Both the position numbers and the translations under genes were made by a program. A stretch of DNA of 56,244 nucleotides from IMG/VR virus record IMGVR_UViG_3300044527_000109, positions 1 to 56,244 of that record; one strand, written 5' to 3'. Shown here piece by piece: positions 30,774 through 46,097 of the stretch. The notes beneath the pieces were generated by a model. That model did no database searches and had not been told where the DNA came from. It saw only the letters and a program-made list of their open reading frames with translations. The DNA comes from a virus. Lineage: Duplodnaviria; Caudoviricetes. Numbering within the stretch: position 1 is the first letter of the stretch; every line of letters begins with the position of its first letter.

Positions 30774-33700
30774 ATGGCACTTAAACCACTTAATTCAGTA
30801 GGCGGCTTCTCAGTAGGAGAAGTCCCAGCAAATGTGATACTTGCAAACGCAGATATCACAGCAAATAAAGGTACGTTCGTAGGAAACGTTGCAGTAAGCA
30901 ACACTAATGCCGCGTATGGTATCTTAACAGACAATCTATATTATAGTAACGGTCAACCCTGGGATTTACAGGAAGCGGCTGGTTCTAATACACAGATTCA
31001 GTTTAATAATAGTAATAATTTTGGTGCGAGTGCAAACTTTACGTTCGATAATGCCACTAACTTATTGACAGTTGTAGGTAACGTACAATTTAACAATGCT
31101 AATCTTGGTAATATTGTAACCGCAAATTTTGCTAATATTGCTTCAAACACTGTTACAAATAACTTATCTGTCAACTTAGAACTTGCTGGTAACACAGCAA
31201 ACTTTAGTGGTAACATCACTGCCTTAAATGCTAATCTTGGAAATCTAGCAAGTGCTAACTTTGTAAACGTATCATCAAATGTCAACGTTACTAACACGAT
31301 GCAAGCAGGCAATGTACGTACAGACAATCTATTATATGCTAACGGCAATCCTTGGGACTTACAAGAAGCAGCCGGCTCAAATACTGAAATTCAATATAAC
31401 TTAGGTGATAATTTTGCAGCCAGTGCAAACTTTACATTCAATGATACAACAAACGTATTGACTGTAAATGGTAATGCTAATGTTACAAACACATTATTGA
31501 CACCAAATATCAACAGCGGTACCGGTAACTTAACACTAACGTCAAACGGCTCCAGTACTGTTTATGATAATACAGGTAACGTCACATTCCCTGCCGGTGG
31601 CTATGTAACAGCAGGTACATTCGTAGGTAACGTACAAGCCAACATTACAATCACTGCGCCAAATACAACTGTTCTTTTCTCAGACAATGGTTTGGTAGAT
31701 GGTAGCAATGCATTCACATTTAACAAGACATCAAATCTTCTTACATTAGGTGGTAACTTACAATCTGAGAATGCAAATCTCGGTAATCTTGCTTATGCAA
31801 ATTACATCAATGTTGCAAGCAACTTAATATCAAACAACGTAAACGTAAATGCGGCACTTAGTGGTAACACTGCTAACTTCAGCGGCAATGTTGTAGTACC
31901 AAACCTAACTGTAAATCTACAACTTGATGGTAATACTGCTAATTTTACAGGTAACATCACTGCTCTAAATGCAAGTTTAGGTAACTTAGCAACTGCTAAT
32001 TATGTAAATGTTGCTAATGATTTAAATGGTAACATTGCAAACTTTACTGGTAACCTAACATCACTAAATGCAAGTTTAGGTAACTTAGCAACTGCTAATT
32101 ATGTAAACGTTGCTAATGATTTAAACGGTAACATTGCAAACTTTACTGGTAACCTAACATCACTAAACGCTAATTTAGGTAATTTGGCTCTTGCAAACTA
32201 TGTAAACGTTGCTAACGATCTAAACGTTATTGGAAATGTAAATGCAGGTAACTTAGTTGGTACATTAGCAAACGGTAATAGTAATGTAAGAATATTCCAA
32301 GATGCTAACATTGAATTCAGTTCAAATGCTGTATCTAACATTGTGACAATATCCGATACTGGATTGTTCACATCAGGTAATATTCACGCAACAGCAGGTT
32401 ATATCATAGCAAATGGTAACGTGACTGCAAACAGTTTCTTAGTTGGTGCAAATCTTGCAGTAACCGGCGAAGCAAATGTTGGTAGTTTACTAACTTCAAA
32501 CATCACAGCAAATGGTAATCTAACGATTACTGCTTCAGGTTCAAATGTCAATATCAATCTTGTTCCTGGCGGCCCTAATGGTGTGATCGAAGCATCATTG
32601 GCTCGTATCGCACAAGTCGGTGGACCAACACAACCAAACGATGCGGCAACAAAAGAATATGTTGATAGCACTGCACAAGGTCTAACAATACACACGGCAG
32701 TAAGAGTAACAAGTGTAACTAACTTGAATGCTACTTACGCAAACGGTGGTAGCGTATTGACTACAATCGCAATCACTGGTGGTAAAACAATACAGTTTGG
32801 TGCAAATCACAATCTAAGCATAGGTGATGAACTTGCTTGGGATAACAGTTTCAATGGTATCATCGGCAATGACCCATACTTTGTCTACAGCACCCCAGGA
32901 GCCGATACTATAACAGTCAAGGCAGGGTATTTCGGTGCTGAAGTCACTACATTGACTAACGGTACTGGATTATCACAGACAGCAAGAGCAAACACGGGCG
33001 TTGGAGCAACACTAACAAACGCAGGTGCAAACGCCGCACTATCTATTGATAGTATTGCATTAGTATCAACAAACAGAGTTCTTGTTCAAGGTCAGACAAA
33101 TCAATTTGAGAACGGTGTCTATACTGTAACAACAGTGGGTAATGGTTCAACTGCGTGGGTATTGACAAGAGCAACAGACGAAGATACATATAGCCCAGTA
33201 GAGACAACGGCATTAGGTTATGGCGACTACTTCTTTGTATTAGAAGGCCTAAACTATGCTGGTTCAAGTTATGTATTGACTGATCCGGTAACTGAAATAC
33301 TGTTTGGATTGACAAACATTCAGTTTAGCCAGTTTAGCGCAGCCGGCACTTTTAGTGCAGGTAATGGTATTGCTATCACTGGTACAGTAATCAGCGCAAA
33401 TGTTGATAATGACACCACTGCTATCAGTTCAGGCAACATCGTCGTCAAGACAAGCGCAAATCTTGTGACACCAAACATTGGTGATGCAACATTTAGCAGT
33501 CTAACTTGGAATACACTAAGCAACGGCAACGTTACTGCAAACAACTTGAGCATTAGTAATATTGCTAATATCACACTCGACCTAACAGTTGGCGGTAATA
33601 TTGCGGCTAATGGTACTATCAGTTCAAATGCTAACGTAAGTGGATTGAATTTAACTACATCAGGTAATGTTCACGCAAGTGGTAACGTACTAGCAAACAA

Positions 33701-34589
33701 TGTCAATGCAAACACATTGATCGTTGTACCAACTGCTAACATCTCAAATATCGTCAATGCTGGTAACATAGACATTATTAATGCATTGACTGGCAACACA
33801 GCAAACTTCAGTGGTAATGTCGTAGTACCAAATCTAACTGTAAATCTAGCACTTGCTGGTAATACTGCAAACTTTAGTGGTAATGCTGTATTCAATGGAG
33901 CAAATGTAACAGTTGGTAATGCATTGTTAGGTAACACAGCAAACTTTAGCGGCAATGTCATCGTACCAAATCTAAGCGTAAACTTAGAACTTGCTGGTAA
34001 TACTGCAAACTTCACAGGTAATGTTGTTGCAGCCAACTTTGCTACAGCAGGTCTTGCAAACGTCAGTAACTTGAATGTACAAGCGAATGTCACATCAGCA
34101 TTGAATCCAAACGCTAACTTGACACTTGATTTGGGCACAAGTACTCAGCGTTGGGCAAATGTCTACGCAGGTAATATTGACGCTTCAGGTAATCTAACAA
34201 TTGCCGGAAATCTACAGTCAAATAATTACACAGCAAATATTATCACAGCAAATACTCAAGTAAATGTAGGTAATACTACTATTACATGGGATGAAGTTAC
34301 TACAACTGCGATAACTGCAAACCAAACTATATCAACGTTCACAGTCACAGGAGTGACCGGAGTTCAATGGTTAGTCAAAGGACTCGATTCAGGCGGCAAA
34401 CAAAGTGTAGCAACTGTACAGGCAGTTACAAACGGTAGTGCTGTAGATTGGGCAGTGTTCGGTGGAGTAACATTAGGAGGAAGCACGGGTACTCTTGCAG
34501 TAAACATAGCAGGAAGCAACATAGAATTACAAGTAACCCCAGCAAGTTCTAATTCAACTTTATGGGTAACTCAGTATAGATTGATATAA
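30774..34589 (+). CDS. Repeat-rich virion fibre/adhesin-like protein 2
   Basis: 1271 aa; GNTANFSGN and LGNLATANY repeats; tail-fibre module DAATKEYVD...RVLVQGQTN..ENGVY...LTRATD. Confidence 0.7.
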   Translation: MALKPLNSVGGFSVGEVPANVILANADITANKGTFVGNVAVSNTNAAYGILTDNLYYSNGQPWDLQEAAGSNTQIQFNNSNNFGASANFTFDNATNLLTVVGNVQFNNANLGNIVTANFANIASNTVTNNLSVNLELAGNTANFSGNITALNANLGNLASANFVNVSSNVNVTNTMQAGNVRTDNLLYANGNPWDLQEAAGSNTEIQYNLGDNFAASANFTFNDTTNVLTVNGNANVTNTLLTPNINSGTGNLTLTSNGSSTVYDNTGNVTFPAGGYVTAGTFVGNVQANITITAPNTTVLFSDNGLVDGSNAFTFNKTSNLLTLGGNLQSENANLGNLAYANYINVASNLISNNVNVNAALSGNTANFSGNVVVPNLTVNLQLDGNTANFTGNITALNASLGNLATANYVNVANDLNGNIANFTGNLTSLNASLGNLATANYVNVANDLNGNIANFTGNLTSLNANLGNLALANYVNVANDLNVIGNVNAGNLVGTLANGNSNVRIFQDANIEFSSNAVSNIVTISDTGLFTSGNIHATAGYIIANGNVTANSFLVGANLAVTGEANVGSLLTSNITANGNLTITASGSNVNINLVPGGPNGVIEASLARIAQVGGPTQPNDAATKEYVDSTAQGLTIHTAVRVTSVTNLNATYANGGSVLTTIAITGGKTIQFGANHNLSIGDELAWDNSFNGIIGNDPYFVYSTPGADTITVKAGYFGAEVTTLTNGTGLSQTARANTGVGATLTNAGANAALSIDSIALVSTNRVLVQGQTNQFENGVYTVTTVGNGSTAWVLTRATDEDTYSPVETTALGYGDYFFVLEGLNYAGSSYVLTDPVTEILFGLTNIQFSQFSAAGTFSAGNGIAITGTVISANVDNDTTAISSGNIVVKTSANLVTPNIGDATFSSLTWNTLSNGNVTANNLSISNIANITLDLTVGGNIAANGTISSNANVSGLNLTTSGNVHASGNVLANNVNANTLIVVPTANISNIVNAGNIDIINALTGNTANFSGNVVVPNLTVNLALAGNTANFSGNAVFNGANVTVGNALLGNTANFSGNVIVPNLSVNLELAGNTANFTGNVVAANFATAGLANVSNLNVQANVTSALNPNANLTLDLGTSTQRWANVYAGNIDASGNLTIAGNLQSNNYTANIITANTQVNVGNTTITWDEVTTTAITANQTISTFTVTGVTGVQWLVKGLDSGGKQSVATVQAVTNGSAVDWAVFGGVTLGGSTGTLAVNIAGSNIELQVTPASSNSTLWVTQYRLI
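31965..32225 (+). repeat. 99-bp (33-codon) tandem repeat, about 2.6 copies
   Basis: CTAAA(T/C)GC units at 31965, 32064 and 32163; the first two are nearly identical and encode [33 protein letters not shown]. Confidence 0.9.
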
Positions 34590-34610
34590 TATTAATAGGA
34601 TGTACCTAAT

Positions 34611-36935
34611 ATGGCTGTTCGACCATTAAATTCGATAGCAGGATTCTCGGCAGGGGATCCTGCCATTACAGTTATTCAGGCTAATGCCGATATAACTACT
34701 ATCAACTTTACAGCCAATGGCATAAGCAATGTTGGTAATGTCGGTAATTTTAAAATTACAGGTGGTAGTAGTGGTCAAGCATTGACTACTGATGGTAACG
34801 GCAATCTAACTTTCAGCACAATAAACACAGAAAGCAATCGTGCGGCTCCTATGCCGTATTTGATTCCTACTGGTGCGTCATATATTGTCAATAACAATTT
34901 TCAAGGTCTTTACACGCAAGCAATAACGATTGACGGTGAATTGACAGTTGACGGTATGCTCATTGAAATACAAGATAGCATACAATCTAGCCCTACTCAA
35001 GTTTTATTTGACACTAATGGAACTGCGACCGGTAATACTGGATTCACATTTTTAAACTATAACGGTAATTTAAATGTTCCCGGTAATATAAATGCTACAG
35101 GAAGCATCATACCTGGTGCAGATGATGTATATGATCTAGGTCGCGCAAATGCTCGTTGGCGTAATGGTTATTTTGGTGGCAATACGATTTACTTAGACAC
35201 AGCGACTATTAGTGTAGACGCTAATGGTTCCGTTGTTATTCGTAATGAATTAGGTGGAACATTTGCTGTTGAAGGTACTGAACAGACTAGTACTACAGAA
35301 ATAGAAAACGGTACTAGTAATGTAAAAGTTTATGCTAATGGAAACGTAGCAACTACTGTATCAGGTGTTTCTAATGTATTTGTAGTAACGACTGCAGGTG
35401 CTAATCTATTAGGTAATTTGACTGCTGGTGGCATAAAGACAGATAATCTTTACTATGCTAACGGTTCTGCTTGGGACCTAAGCAATCCAGGCGGCAGTAA
35501 TACACAAGTTCAATTTAATAACAACGGTGACTTTGGCGCAAGCGCCAATTTTACTTTTAACAGTACAACAAACAATTTAACAGTCACAGGAAATATCGTT
35601 ACTAATACCGGCGCATACTACGGTAATGCAGCCGGCTTGACAAACGTTCCTGGTGCTAATATTGTCGGTAACATCACAGGTAATATTTCTAATGCAGTTC
35701 ATGCCGGTACTGCAAACACTGTGACCGATGCCGCACAACCAAACATCACAAGTCTAGGTACATTAACCGGATTAAGTATAAACGGAAATATTAGTGTTAC
35801 TGGTACAGCAAATATAACTGATTTGGCTGTGTCAGGAAATGCTGTAGTAGGTGGAAATCTACAAGTAAACGGTAATTTAATTTATATCAACGTTGAAGAA
35901 TTCAGCGTAGAAGATCCGATAGTCAACTTAAACACTGGTCCAAACGGGGTACCTCCTGTAGCAAATACCGGTAAGGATATCGGTACAGCATTAAACTATT
36001 ACGATACACAAGCACGTATCGCATTTATGGGTTGGGATACTAGCAATGCTGAATTTGCATTTAGTAGCCAATCAAGTATTACGGGTGAAATAGTTACATT
36101 TACTACACTCGGTAATGTTCGCGCCCAGACATTTAAGGGTAATATTGAAGCGACTACTATTAGTGGTAATTTGACAACCGCAAGTCAAGCAAACATCACT
36201 ACGGTAGGAACATTAGGATCATTATCTGTAACTGGTAATGTTACACCCGGTAACGTATCCGGCGCTAATACTTTAGCAGGTAATTATCTAGTATCAAACA
36301 GTGGATGCGTAACTATCGGTAGCGCCACTATAGCAGTTACCGGAAATAATGCAGGTATCTTTGCGTCACTCGTAGATGATATTAATTTAGGCCTTGTATC
36401 AAACATCACGATGGGCGGTACTACTGCAAACGTTACTGTACAGGGTAATTTAATTGCTAATAATAATATCTCTGTGACAGGTAATGTTAGCGCAAATTTA
36501 GTTACTGGTACACTAACTACCAATGCTCAACCAAATGTTACAAGTGTAGGTACATTGACTAGTTTGAATGTAACAGGAAATGTTACATCAAATATTGCTA
36601 ATGCAAACACAGTTATTACTAATTCTATCGCAAGTAAGCGCGGTAATATAGCAGTTACTACAGATACGATTATTGATAGTTTTCCTGTCAGTAAGTATAG
36701 ATCAGCAAAGTATGTGGTAAGAAGTAGTAGTGATATAGGTTATGAGAGCCTAGAAGTGCTTTTGATACATGATGACATAAATAGTTATATTACAGTGTAC
36801 GCGGCGATAAACGATGGTGGAGGCAACACAGTCTCTATCACTACAGGGGTTAGTAGCGGAAATGTAGAGTTACGTGCGACTGGGTTGTCCACAAATACAA
36901 AAATAAATTTGATCGGGACATATGTTCCTGACTAA
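34611..36935 (+). CDS. Repeat-rich virion fibre/adhesin-like protein 3
   Basis: 774 aa; N-terminus paralogous to proteins 1 and 2; YDLG...RW..GYF module; C-terminal IDSF...YRSAKYVV domain. Confidence 0.7.
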   Translation: MAVRPLNSIAGFSAGDPAITVIQANADITTINFTANGISNVGNVGNFKITGGSSGQALTTDGNGNLTFSTINTESNRAAPMPYLIPTGASYIVNNNFQGLYTQAITIDGELTVDGMLIEIQDSIQSSPTQVLFDTNGTATGNTGFTFLNYNGNLNVPGNINATGSIIPGADDVYDLGRANARWRNGYFGGNTIYLDTATISVDANGSVVIRNELGGTFAVEGTEQTSTTEIENGTSNVKVYANGNVATTVSGVSNVFVVTTAGANLLGNLTAGGIKTDNLYYANGSAWDLSNPGGSNTQVQFNNNGDFGASANFTFNSTTNNLTVTGNIVTNTGAYYGNAAGLTNVPGANIVGNITGNISNAVHAGTANTVTDAAQPNITSLGTLTGLSINGNISVTGTANITDLAVSGNAVVGGNLQVNGNLIYINVEEFSVEDPIVNLNTGPNGVPPVANTGKDIGTALNYYDTQARIAFMGWDTSNAEFAFSSQSSITGEIVTFTTLGNVRAQTFKGNIEATTISGNLTTASQANITTVGTLGSLSVTGNVTPGNVSGANTLAGNYLVSNSGCVTIGSATIAVTGNNAGIFASLVDDINLGLVSNITMGGTTANVTVQGNLIANNNISVTGNVSANLVTGTLTTNAQPNVTSVGTLTSLNVTGNVTSNIANANTVITNSIASKRGNIAVTTDTIIDSFPVSKYRSAKYVVRSSSDIGYESLEVLLIHDDINSYITVYAAINDGGGNTVSITTGVSSGNVELRATGLSTNTKINLIGTYVPD

Positions 36936-36955
36936 AAAAATAGGATCAAAACAAA

Positions 36956-39900
36956 ATGAGTATAAAAAATTTCGTAGTCAAAAATGGTTTAACAGTAGGT
37001 AACGCAAATATCGATGCGGTTTCTGGTAATTTATTTACAGGTAACGCTAATCTCGGTAATCTGGCTACTGCAAATTTCTTTACAGGATCGTTAACGACTA
37101 ACGCTCAACCTAACATCACTAGTGTAGGTACATTGACTGGACTCACAGTTAACGGCGTAAGCAATTTAGGTGCAAACGGTAACGTGATAATCACCGGTGG
37201 TACTTCAGGACAATTCTTGCAGACTAACGGTTCAGGTAACTTAAGTTGGGTAACAGTTGGTACTTCAGGTATCAGTAACGGCAATTCAAGCGTAAGCGTA
37301 CCGGTAGCAAATGGTAATATCATTGCAAACGTTGATGGCAATACAACAATGGTTATCACATCCACTGGTTCAAACATCACTGGATATGCAAATATATCAG
37401 GCAATGCTAACGTTGCTAACTTAGGCACAGGTGGCTTAATTACTGCAACCGGTACTGTTACTGGTGGTAATTTATCAACCGGTGGAACATTAAATGTAAC
37501 AGGTAATGCTAACGTTGGTAACTTAGGCACAGCCGGAATTGTTACTGCTACAGGTACAGTAACAGGTGGTAACTTATCAACCGGTGGAACATTAAGCGTA
37601 ACAGGTAATGCTAACGTCGGTAATTTAGGCACAGGTGGATTAATTACTGCAACTGGTAATGTAAGTGGTGGTAACTTAACTACTGCTGGCGCAGTAGTAG
37701 CAACTGGTAATGTAAGTGGTGGTAACTTAACTACTGCTGGCGCAGTAGTAGCAACTGGTAATGTAAGTGGTGGAAATATCACAACAGCAGGTCTCGTAGC
37801 CGCAACTGGTAACGTATCAGGTGGTAACTTAACTACTGCTGGAAAAGTTGTAGCAAGTGCATTAGAATCAAACGTTGCAACTGGTACAGCACCAATCGTA
37901 GTAGCATCAACTACTAAAGTAACGAATTTAAATGCTGATTTATTAGACGGTTATGATACTGCAACAGCGGCAACAGCAAATACAGTTGTTGTTCGTGATG
38001 CTAATGCAAACATTACTGGTAATAACATCAGTGGTACATTGTCAACAGCGGCACAACCAAATGTAACTAGCCTTGGTACACTTTCATCATTAGATGTGAC
38101 AGGTAATATAGTTTCAAGTGCAAACGTTGTAACCGATTTGATTGTTGGTAAAACATCAAGTGTGACAATTACTGCAACTGGTTCAAATCAAAATATCAAT
38201 TTAACTCCTACAGGTACTGGTACAGTTAACGTTGGTAACTTTATTATTTCTAACGTTAGTGCTCCAGTTGCATCAAGTGATGCGGCAACTAAACAGTATG
38301 TTGATGACATTGCACAAGGTTTACATGTACATGCAAGTTGCGATGCCGCAACTCCCAATACTCTTGCATCTATCTCAGGTGGTACTGTTACATATAACAA
38401 TGGCACAGCGGGTGTTGGCGCAACTCTTACTACAACCGGTACTTATACAACTATTGATGGTGTTGCACTATCAAATGGTATGCGAATTCTTGTCAAGGAC
38501 GAAGCCAACACAGCACATAACGGTATCTATGTCCGTACAAGCACAACTGTGTTGACCCGTGCTACCGACTTTGATACTGCTGCCGAGATTCAAGGTGGAG
38601 ACTTTACATTCGTTACTGCAGGTACACTATACAACTCAACTGGTTGGGTGCAAATTGATGACGTAACTACAGTTGGTACTGATCCAATCGATTGGGTACA
38701 ATTCTCAGGTGCAGGTACATACTTAGCAGGTACAGGATTAACGTTAACCGGAGATACGTTCAGTATCACTAATACTACTGTAACAGCCGGCTCATATGGT
38801 AATGGTGATTACAATGCTACATTTACGGTTAATAGTCAAGGTCAATTGACTGCGGCTGCCAATGTAGCACTAACTCCAAATGCCGCAAATCTATCAGGTA
38901 CAACACTTTCATCAACTGTTGTTAATTCAAGTTTAACAAGTGTTGGTACATTAGGCTCATTAGCAGTTACAGCAAATGTAACGGCAGGTAACGTATATGC
39001 TAATAGCGGTACTATCGGTGCTTCATTATTGACTGGTACACTGACTACTGCAAGTCAACCAAACGTCACTAGCGTTGGTACACTATCAACACTAAGTGTA
39101 ACAGGTAATGCTAACGTAGGTAATATCGGTGCAGCCGCAGGTGTGTTTACTGCTAACGTAAGTGCAGGTAACTTATCAACAGGTGGTGCATTAAGCGTAA
39201 CTGGTAATGCTAACGTCGGTAACTTAGGCACAGGTGGTTTAATTACTGCAACAGGTAACGTAAGTGGTGGTAACTTAACTACAGGTGGCGCAGTAGTAGC
39301 AACTGGTAACGTAAGTGGTGGTAACTTAACTACACTTGGTGCAGTAGTAGCAACTGGTAACGTAAGTGGTGGTAACTTAACTACTGCTGGAGCACTGAGT
39401 GTAACTGGTAATGCTAACGTAGGTAATTTAGGTACAGGTGGCTTAATTACTGCAACTGGTAATATTACCGGTGGTAACTTATCAACAGGTGGTGCATTAT
39501 CTGTAACTGGTAATGCTAACGTTGGTAACATCGGAGCAGGTGCAGGCGTATTCTCAACTACAGTAGCCGCAACCGGTAACGTATCAGGTGGTAACTTAAC
39601 AACTGGTGGCGCATTAAGCGTAACTGGTAATGCTAACGTCGGTAATATCGGTGGCGGTGCTGGTATCTTCACTGCTAACGTAAGTGCAGGTAACTTATCA
39701 ACAGGTGGTGCATTATCTGTAACAGGTAATGCTAACGTTGGTAACATCGGTGCTAATAACGCGGTGTTTACTTTAGTCACAGGTACATTGACTACAGCGG
39801 CACAGCCTAACGTCACTAGTATTGGCACATTGACTGGTCTTGCTGTAAACGGCAACATCACTGCTGCCAATATCACAGCAAACACAGGTGTGTTTACTGG

Positions 39901-40534
39901 TAACGGTAGTGGATTAACAAATCTTACAGGTGCTAACGTCACTGGTCAAGTAGCAAATGCTCTTGTAGCCGGTACAGTATACACTAATGCTCAACCGAAT
40001 ATCACTAGTGTTGGTACATTAACAAGCCTTGCTGTTTCAGGTAATGCAAGTGCGGGTAACATAAGTGCTACCGGCGACGTAAGCGGTGCAACACTAACTG
40101 GTACATTAACAACTGCGGCACAACCAAATATCACATCAGTAGGTACATTAACAAGTCTTGCTGTTTCAGGTAATGCGGTTGTAGGTGGCGTTGCTAAACT
40201 ACAAGTAGGTGTGACAAGCAATCGTGCAAATGTCAATGTACCAACAGCGACAGCAACACTAATTGATAGTTTTGCTCCAAGCGATTATAGAACTGCTAAG
40301 TATGTAATCAGCGCAAGCGGAACTAATGGCTATCAGTCAGTTGAAACATTGCTTGTACACGATGGTACAGATGCTTATATAACGATATATGGTTCAATAT
40401 CCTCAAACGTAAGTGCAGACATTATTGAACTAAGTGCAAATATCAACGGAGTATCAGGAAACGTATCTGTTTACGCGACTACAAACAGCGCAAGTTGTGT
40501 TGTAAATCTAGTAAGCAGTTATATTAAAACATAA
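36956..40534 (+). CDS. Repeat-rich virion fibre/adhesin-like protein 4
   Basis: 1192 aa; two blocks of 17-aa repeats ([34 protein letters not shown]), a DAATKQYVD module, and a C-terminal IDSF...YRTAKYVI domain. Confidence 0.7.
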   Translation: MSIKNFVVKNGLTVGNANIDAVSGNLFTGNANLGNLATANFFTGSLTTNAQPNITSVGTLTGLTVNGVSNLGANGNVIITGGTSGQFLQTNGSGNLSWVTVGTSGISNGNSSVSVPVANGNIIANVDGNTTMVITSTGSNITGYANISGNANVANLGTGGLITATGTVTGGNLSTGGTLNVTGNANVGNLGTAGIVTATGTVTGGNLSTGGTLSVTGNANVGNLGTGGLITATGNVSGGNLTTAGAVVATGNVSGGNLTTAGAVVATGNVSGGNITTAGLVAATGNVSGGNLTTAGKVVASALESNVATGTAPIVVASTTKVTNLNADLLDGYDTATAATANTVVVRDANANITGNNISGTLSTAAQPNVTSLGTLSSLDVTGNIVSSANVVTDLIVGKTSSVTITATGSNQNINLTPTGTGTVNVGNFIISNVSAPVASSDAATKQYVDDIAQGLHVHASCDAATPNTLASISGGTVTYNNGTAGVGATLTTTGTYTTIDGVALSNGMRILVKDEANTAHNGIYVRTSTTVLTRATDFDTAAEIQGGDFTFVTAGTLYNSTGWVQIDDVTTVGTDPIDWVQFSGAGTYLAGTGLTLTGDTFSITNTTVTAGSYGNGDYNATFTVNSQGQLTAAANVALTPNAANLSGTTLSSTVVNSSLTSVGTLGSLAVTANVTAGNVYANSGTIGASLLTGTLTTASQPNVTSVGTLSTLSVTGNANVGNIGAAAGVFTANVSAGNLSTGGALSVTGNANVGNLGTGGLITATGNVSGGNLTTGGAVVATGNVSGGNLTTLGAVVATGNVSGGNLTTAGALSVTGNANVGNLGTGGLITATGNITGGNLSTGGALSVTGNANVGNIGAGAGVFSTTVAATGNVSGGNLTTGGALSVTGNANVGNIGGGAGIFTANVSAGNLSTGGALSVTGNANVGNIGANNAVFTLVTGTLTTAAQPNVTSIGTLTGLAVNGNITAANITANTGVFTGNGSGLTNLTGANVTGQVANALVAGTVYTNAQPNITSVGTLTSLAVSGNASAGNISATGDVSGATLTGTLTTAAQPNITSVGTLTSLAVSGNAVVGGVAKLQVGVTSNRANVNVPTATATLIDSFAPSDYRTAKYVISASGTNGYQSVETLLVHDGTDAYITIYGSISSNVSADIIELSANINGVSGNVSVYATTNSASCVVNLVSSYIKT
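37649..37773 (+). repeat. Exact 51-bp tandem repeat inside a larger degenerate 51-bp array (about 37390-37860, second array about 39090-39750)
   Basis: GCAACTGGTAATGTAAGTGGTGGTAACTTAACTACTGCTGGCGCAGTAGTA at 37649 and 37700, partial at 37751. Confidence 0.9.
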
Positions 40535-40569
40535 TATTAAACTAGTCTTAAAAAATCTGGTTTAGTTAA

Positions 40570-44814
<4,245 letters not shown>

Positions 44815-44837
44815 AACCATGTTCTAGGAGATAGAAT

Positions 44838-46097
44838 ATGGCAACACTAAAAAACACTACAGTCAACGATACAGGATTTTTAACACTCCCTAACGGTACG
44901 TTATCACAACGCCCGGGTAGTCCCACACTCGGTATGATGAGATATAATTCTACTATTGCTAGAACAGAAGTTTACAATGGTTCACTTTGGATAGATCCTG
45001 CTACTAACGCACCAGTAGATGGCGCCATAGTAACATCTGGTTTAGGATTATATTATGATTTTGGCAACACGGATAGTTACTATCCTAGTAGACAAATTGT
45101 TTATGATATATCAGGAAATAATAAACATGGTAGATTTGGCGCACCTACTATAAATTTGTTAAGCAATCCAACACAACAATTTAATAGTGGAGAGTTTGCA
45201 CAATACTATGATTTAAGACCTATTTTTGAAGCAAACGGATTATTGCCATATAGTTTGAGTTTTGATATGAGAGCAGATGTTCCGGGTGGTGTTTTGTGGT
45301 ATATGCAAAATGGATCGTATACAAAGTATAGTTTTGTTAACACTTCAGTTAATGCTACAACTTCATGGGCACGTTATAAAATTGAGAATATAACACCAGC
45401 CGGACCAAACGCTACTTGGTTACAAAATAGTCCAAGTGATAATAGAGCAATGTTAGCGACTTATACAGGTTATGGTTCAGGAATAAATCCTCAAGTAAGA
45501 AATATGCAACTTGAATTAGGTGCATATTCTACTCCTTTCGTTGATGGAATGCGTACAAATAATATGAGTTGGTCTTCAAGCAACGGTGGGTCGTTAGCAT
45601 TTACTGGCTTGAATACGCACATTAATGCAGGCAATATAAATTTACAACAGAATTTTACACTTGAAGTATGGGCTCGTATGACTGATAGTACAAGTTTTGG
45701 CATTTTTGGACAAGGCATTACTGCAATAAATCAAGGATTACACATATTGTATAATTCTGGGTCAAGAGGCATGGTATTTGGCATGTATGGTAATGATAAT
45801 GATTATGGTGATAACTATAGACCATCAAATAACGTATGGTATCATTGGGTATTCACATACAATAATTCAACTTTTGCCAAACAGTTTTATGCCAATGCAG
45901 TATTACAAACTCCTAGTGCAAGTGTGCAAAATCAATATACTGGTTCTGGACAATTTAATGTAGGATCAACCTATGGTATTCCTATATACGCAAGTGCTAC
46001 GGGTGATATTGCAATTGCAAGAATGTATAATCGTGTGCTTTCACAATCAGAAATCACACAAAATTTTAATGCTCAAAGATCAAGGTTTAATGTATAA
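44838..46097 (+). CDS. Putative receptor-binding protein: shared N-terminal adaptor plus LamG/ConA-like domain with an inserted CBM-like domain
   Basis: MATLKNTT..DTGF..LP.GT..QRP adaptor; LGLYYD...DISGN...FTLEVW...WYHWVFTY...ARMYNRVLSQSEITQNFNA. Confidence 0.7.
   Translation: MATLKNTTVNDTGFLTLPNGTLSQRPGSPTLGMMRYNSTIARTEVYNGSLWIDPATNAPVDGAIVTSGLGLYYDFGNTDSYYPSRQIVYDISGNNKHGRFGAPTINLLSNPTQQFNSGEFAQYYDLRPIFEANGLLPYSLSFDMRADVPGGVLWYMQNGSYTKYSFVNTSVNATTSWARYKIENITPAGPNATWLQNSPSDNRAMLATYTGYGSGINPQVRNMQLELGAYSTPFVDGMRTNNMSWSSSNGGSLAFTGLNTHINAGNINLQQNFTLEVWARMTDSTSFGIFGQGITAINQGLHILYNSGSRGMVFGMYGNDNDYGDNYRPSNNVWYHWVFTYNNSTFAKQFYANAVLQTPSASVQNQYTGSGQFNVGSTYGIPIYASATGDIAIARMYNRVLSQSEITQNFNAQRSRFNV

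Noticed and set aside
37390-39750. Regular 51-bp periodicity resembling a CRISPR array
   Set aside because: In-frame coding repeats with wobble variation, no unique spacers and no cas genes.
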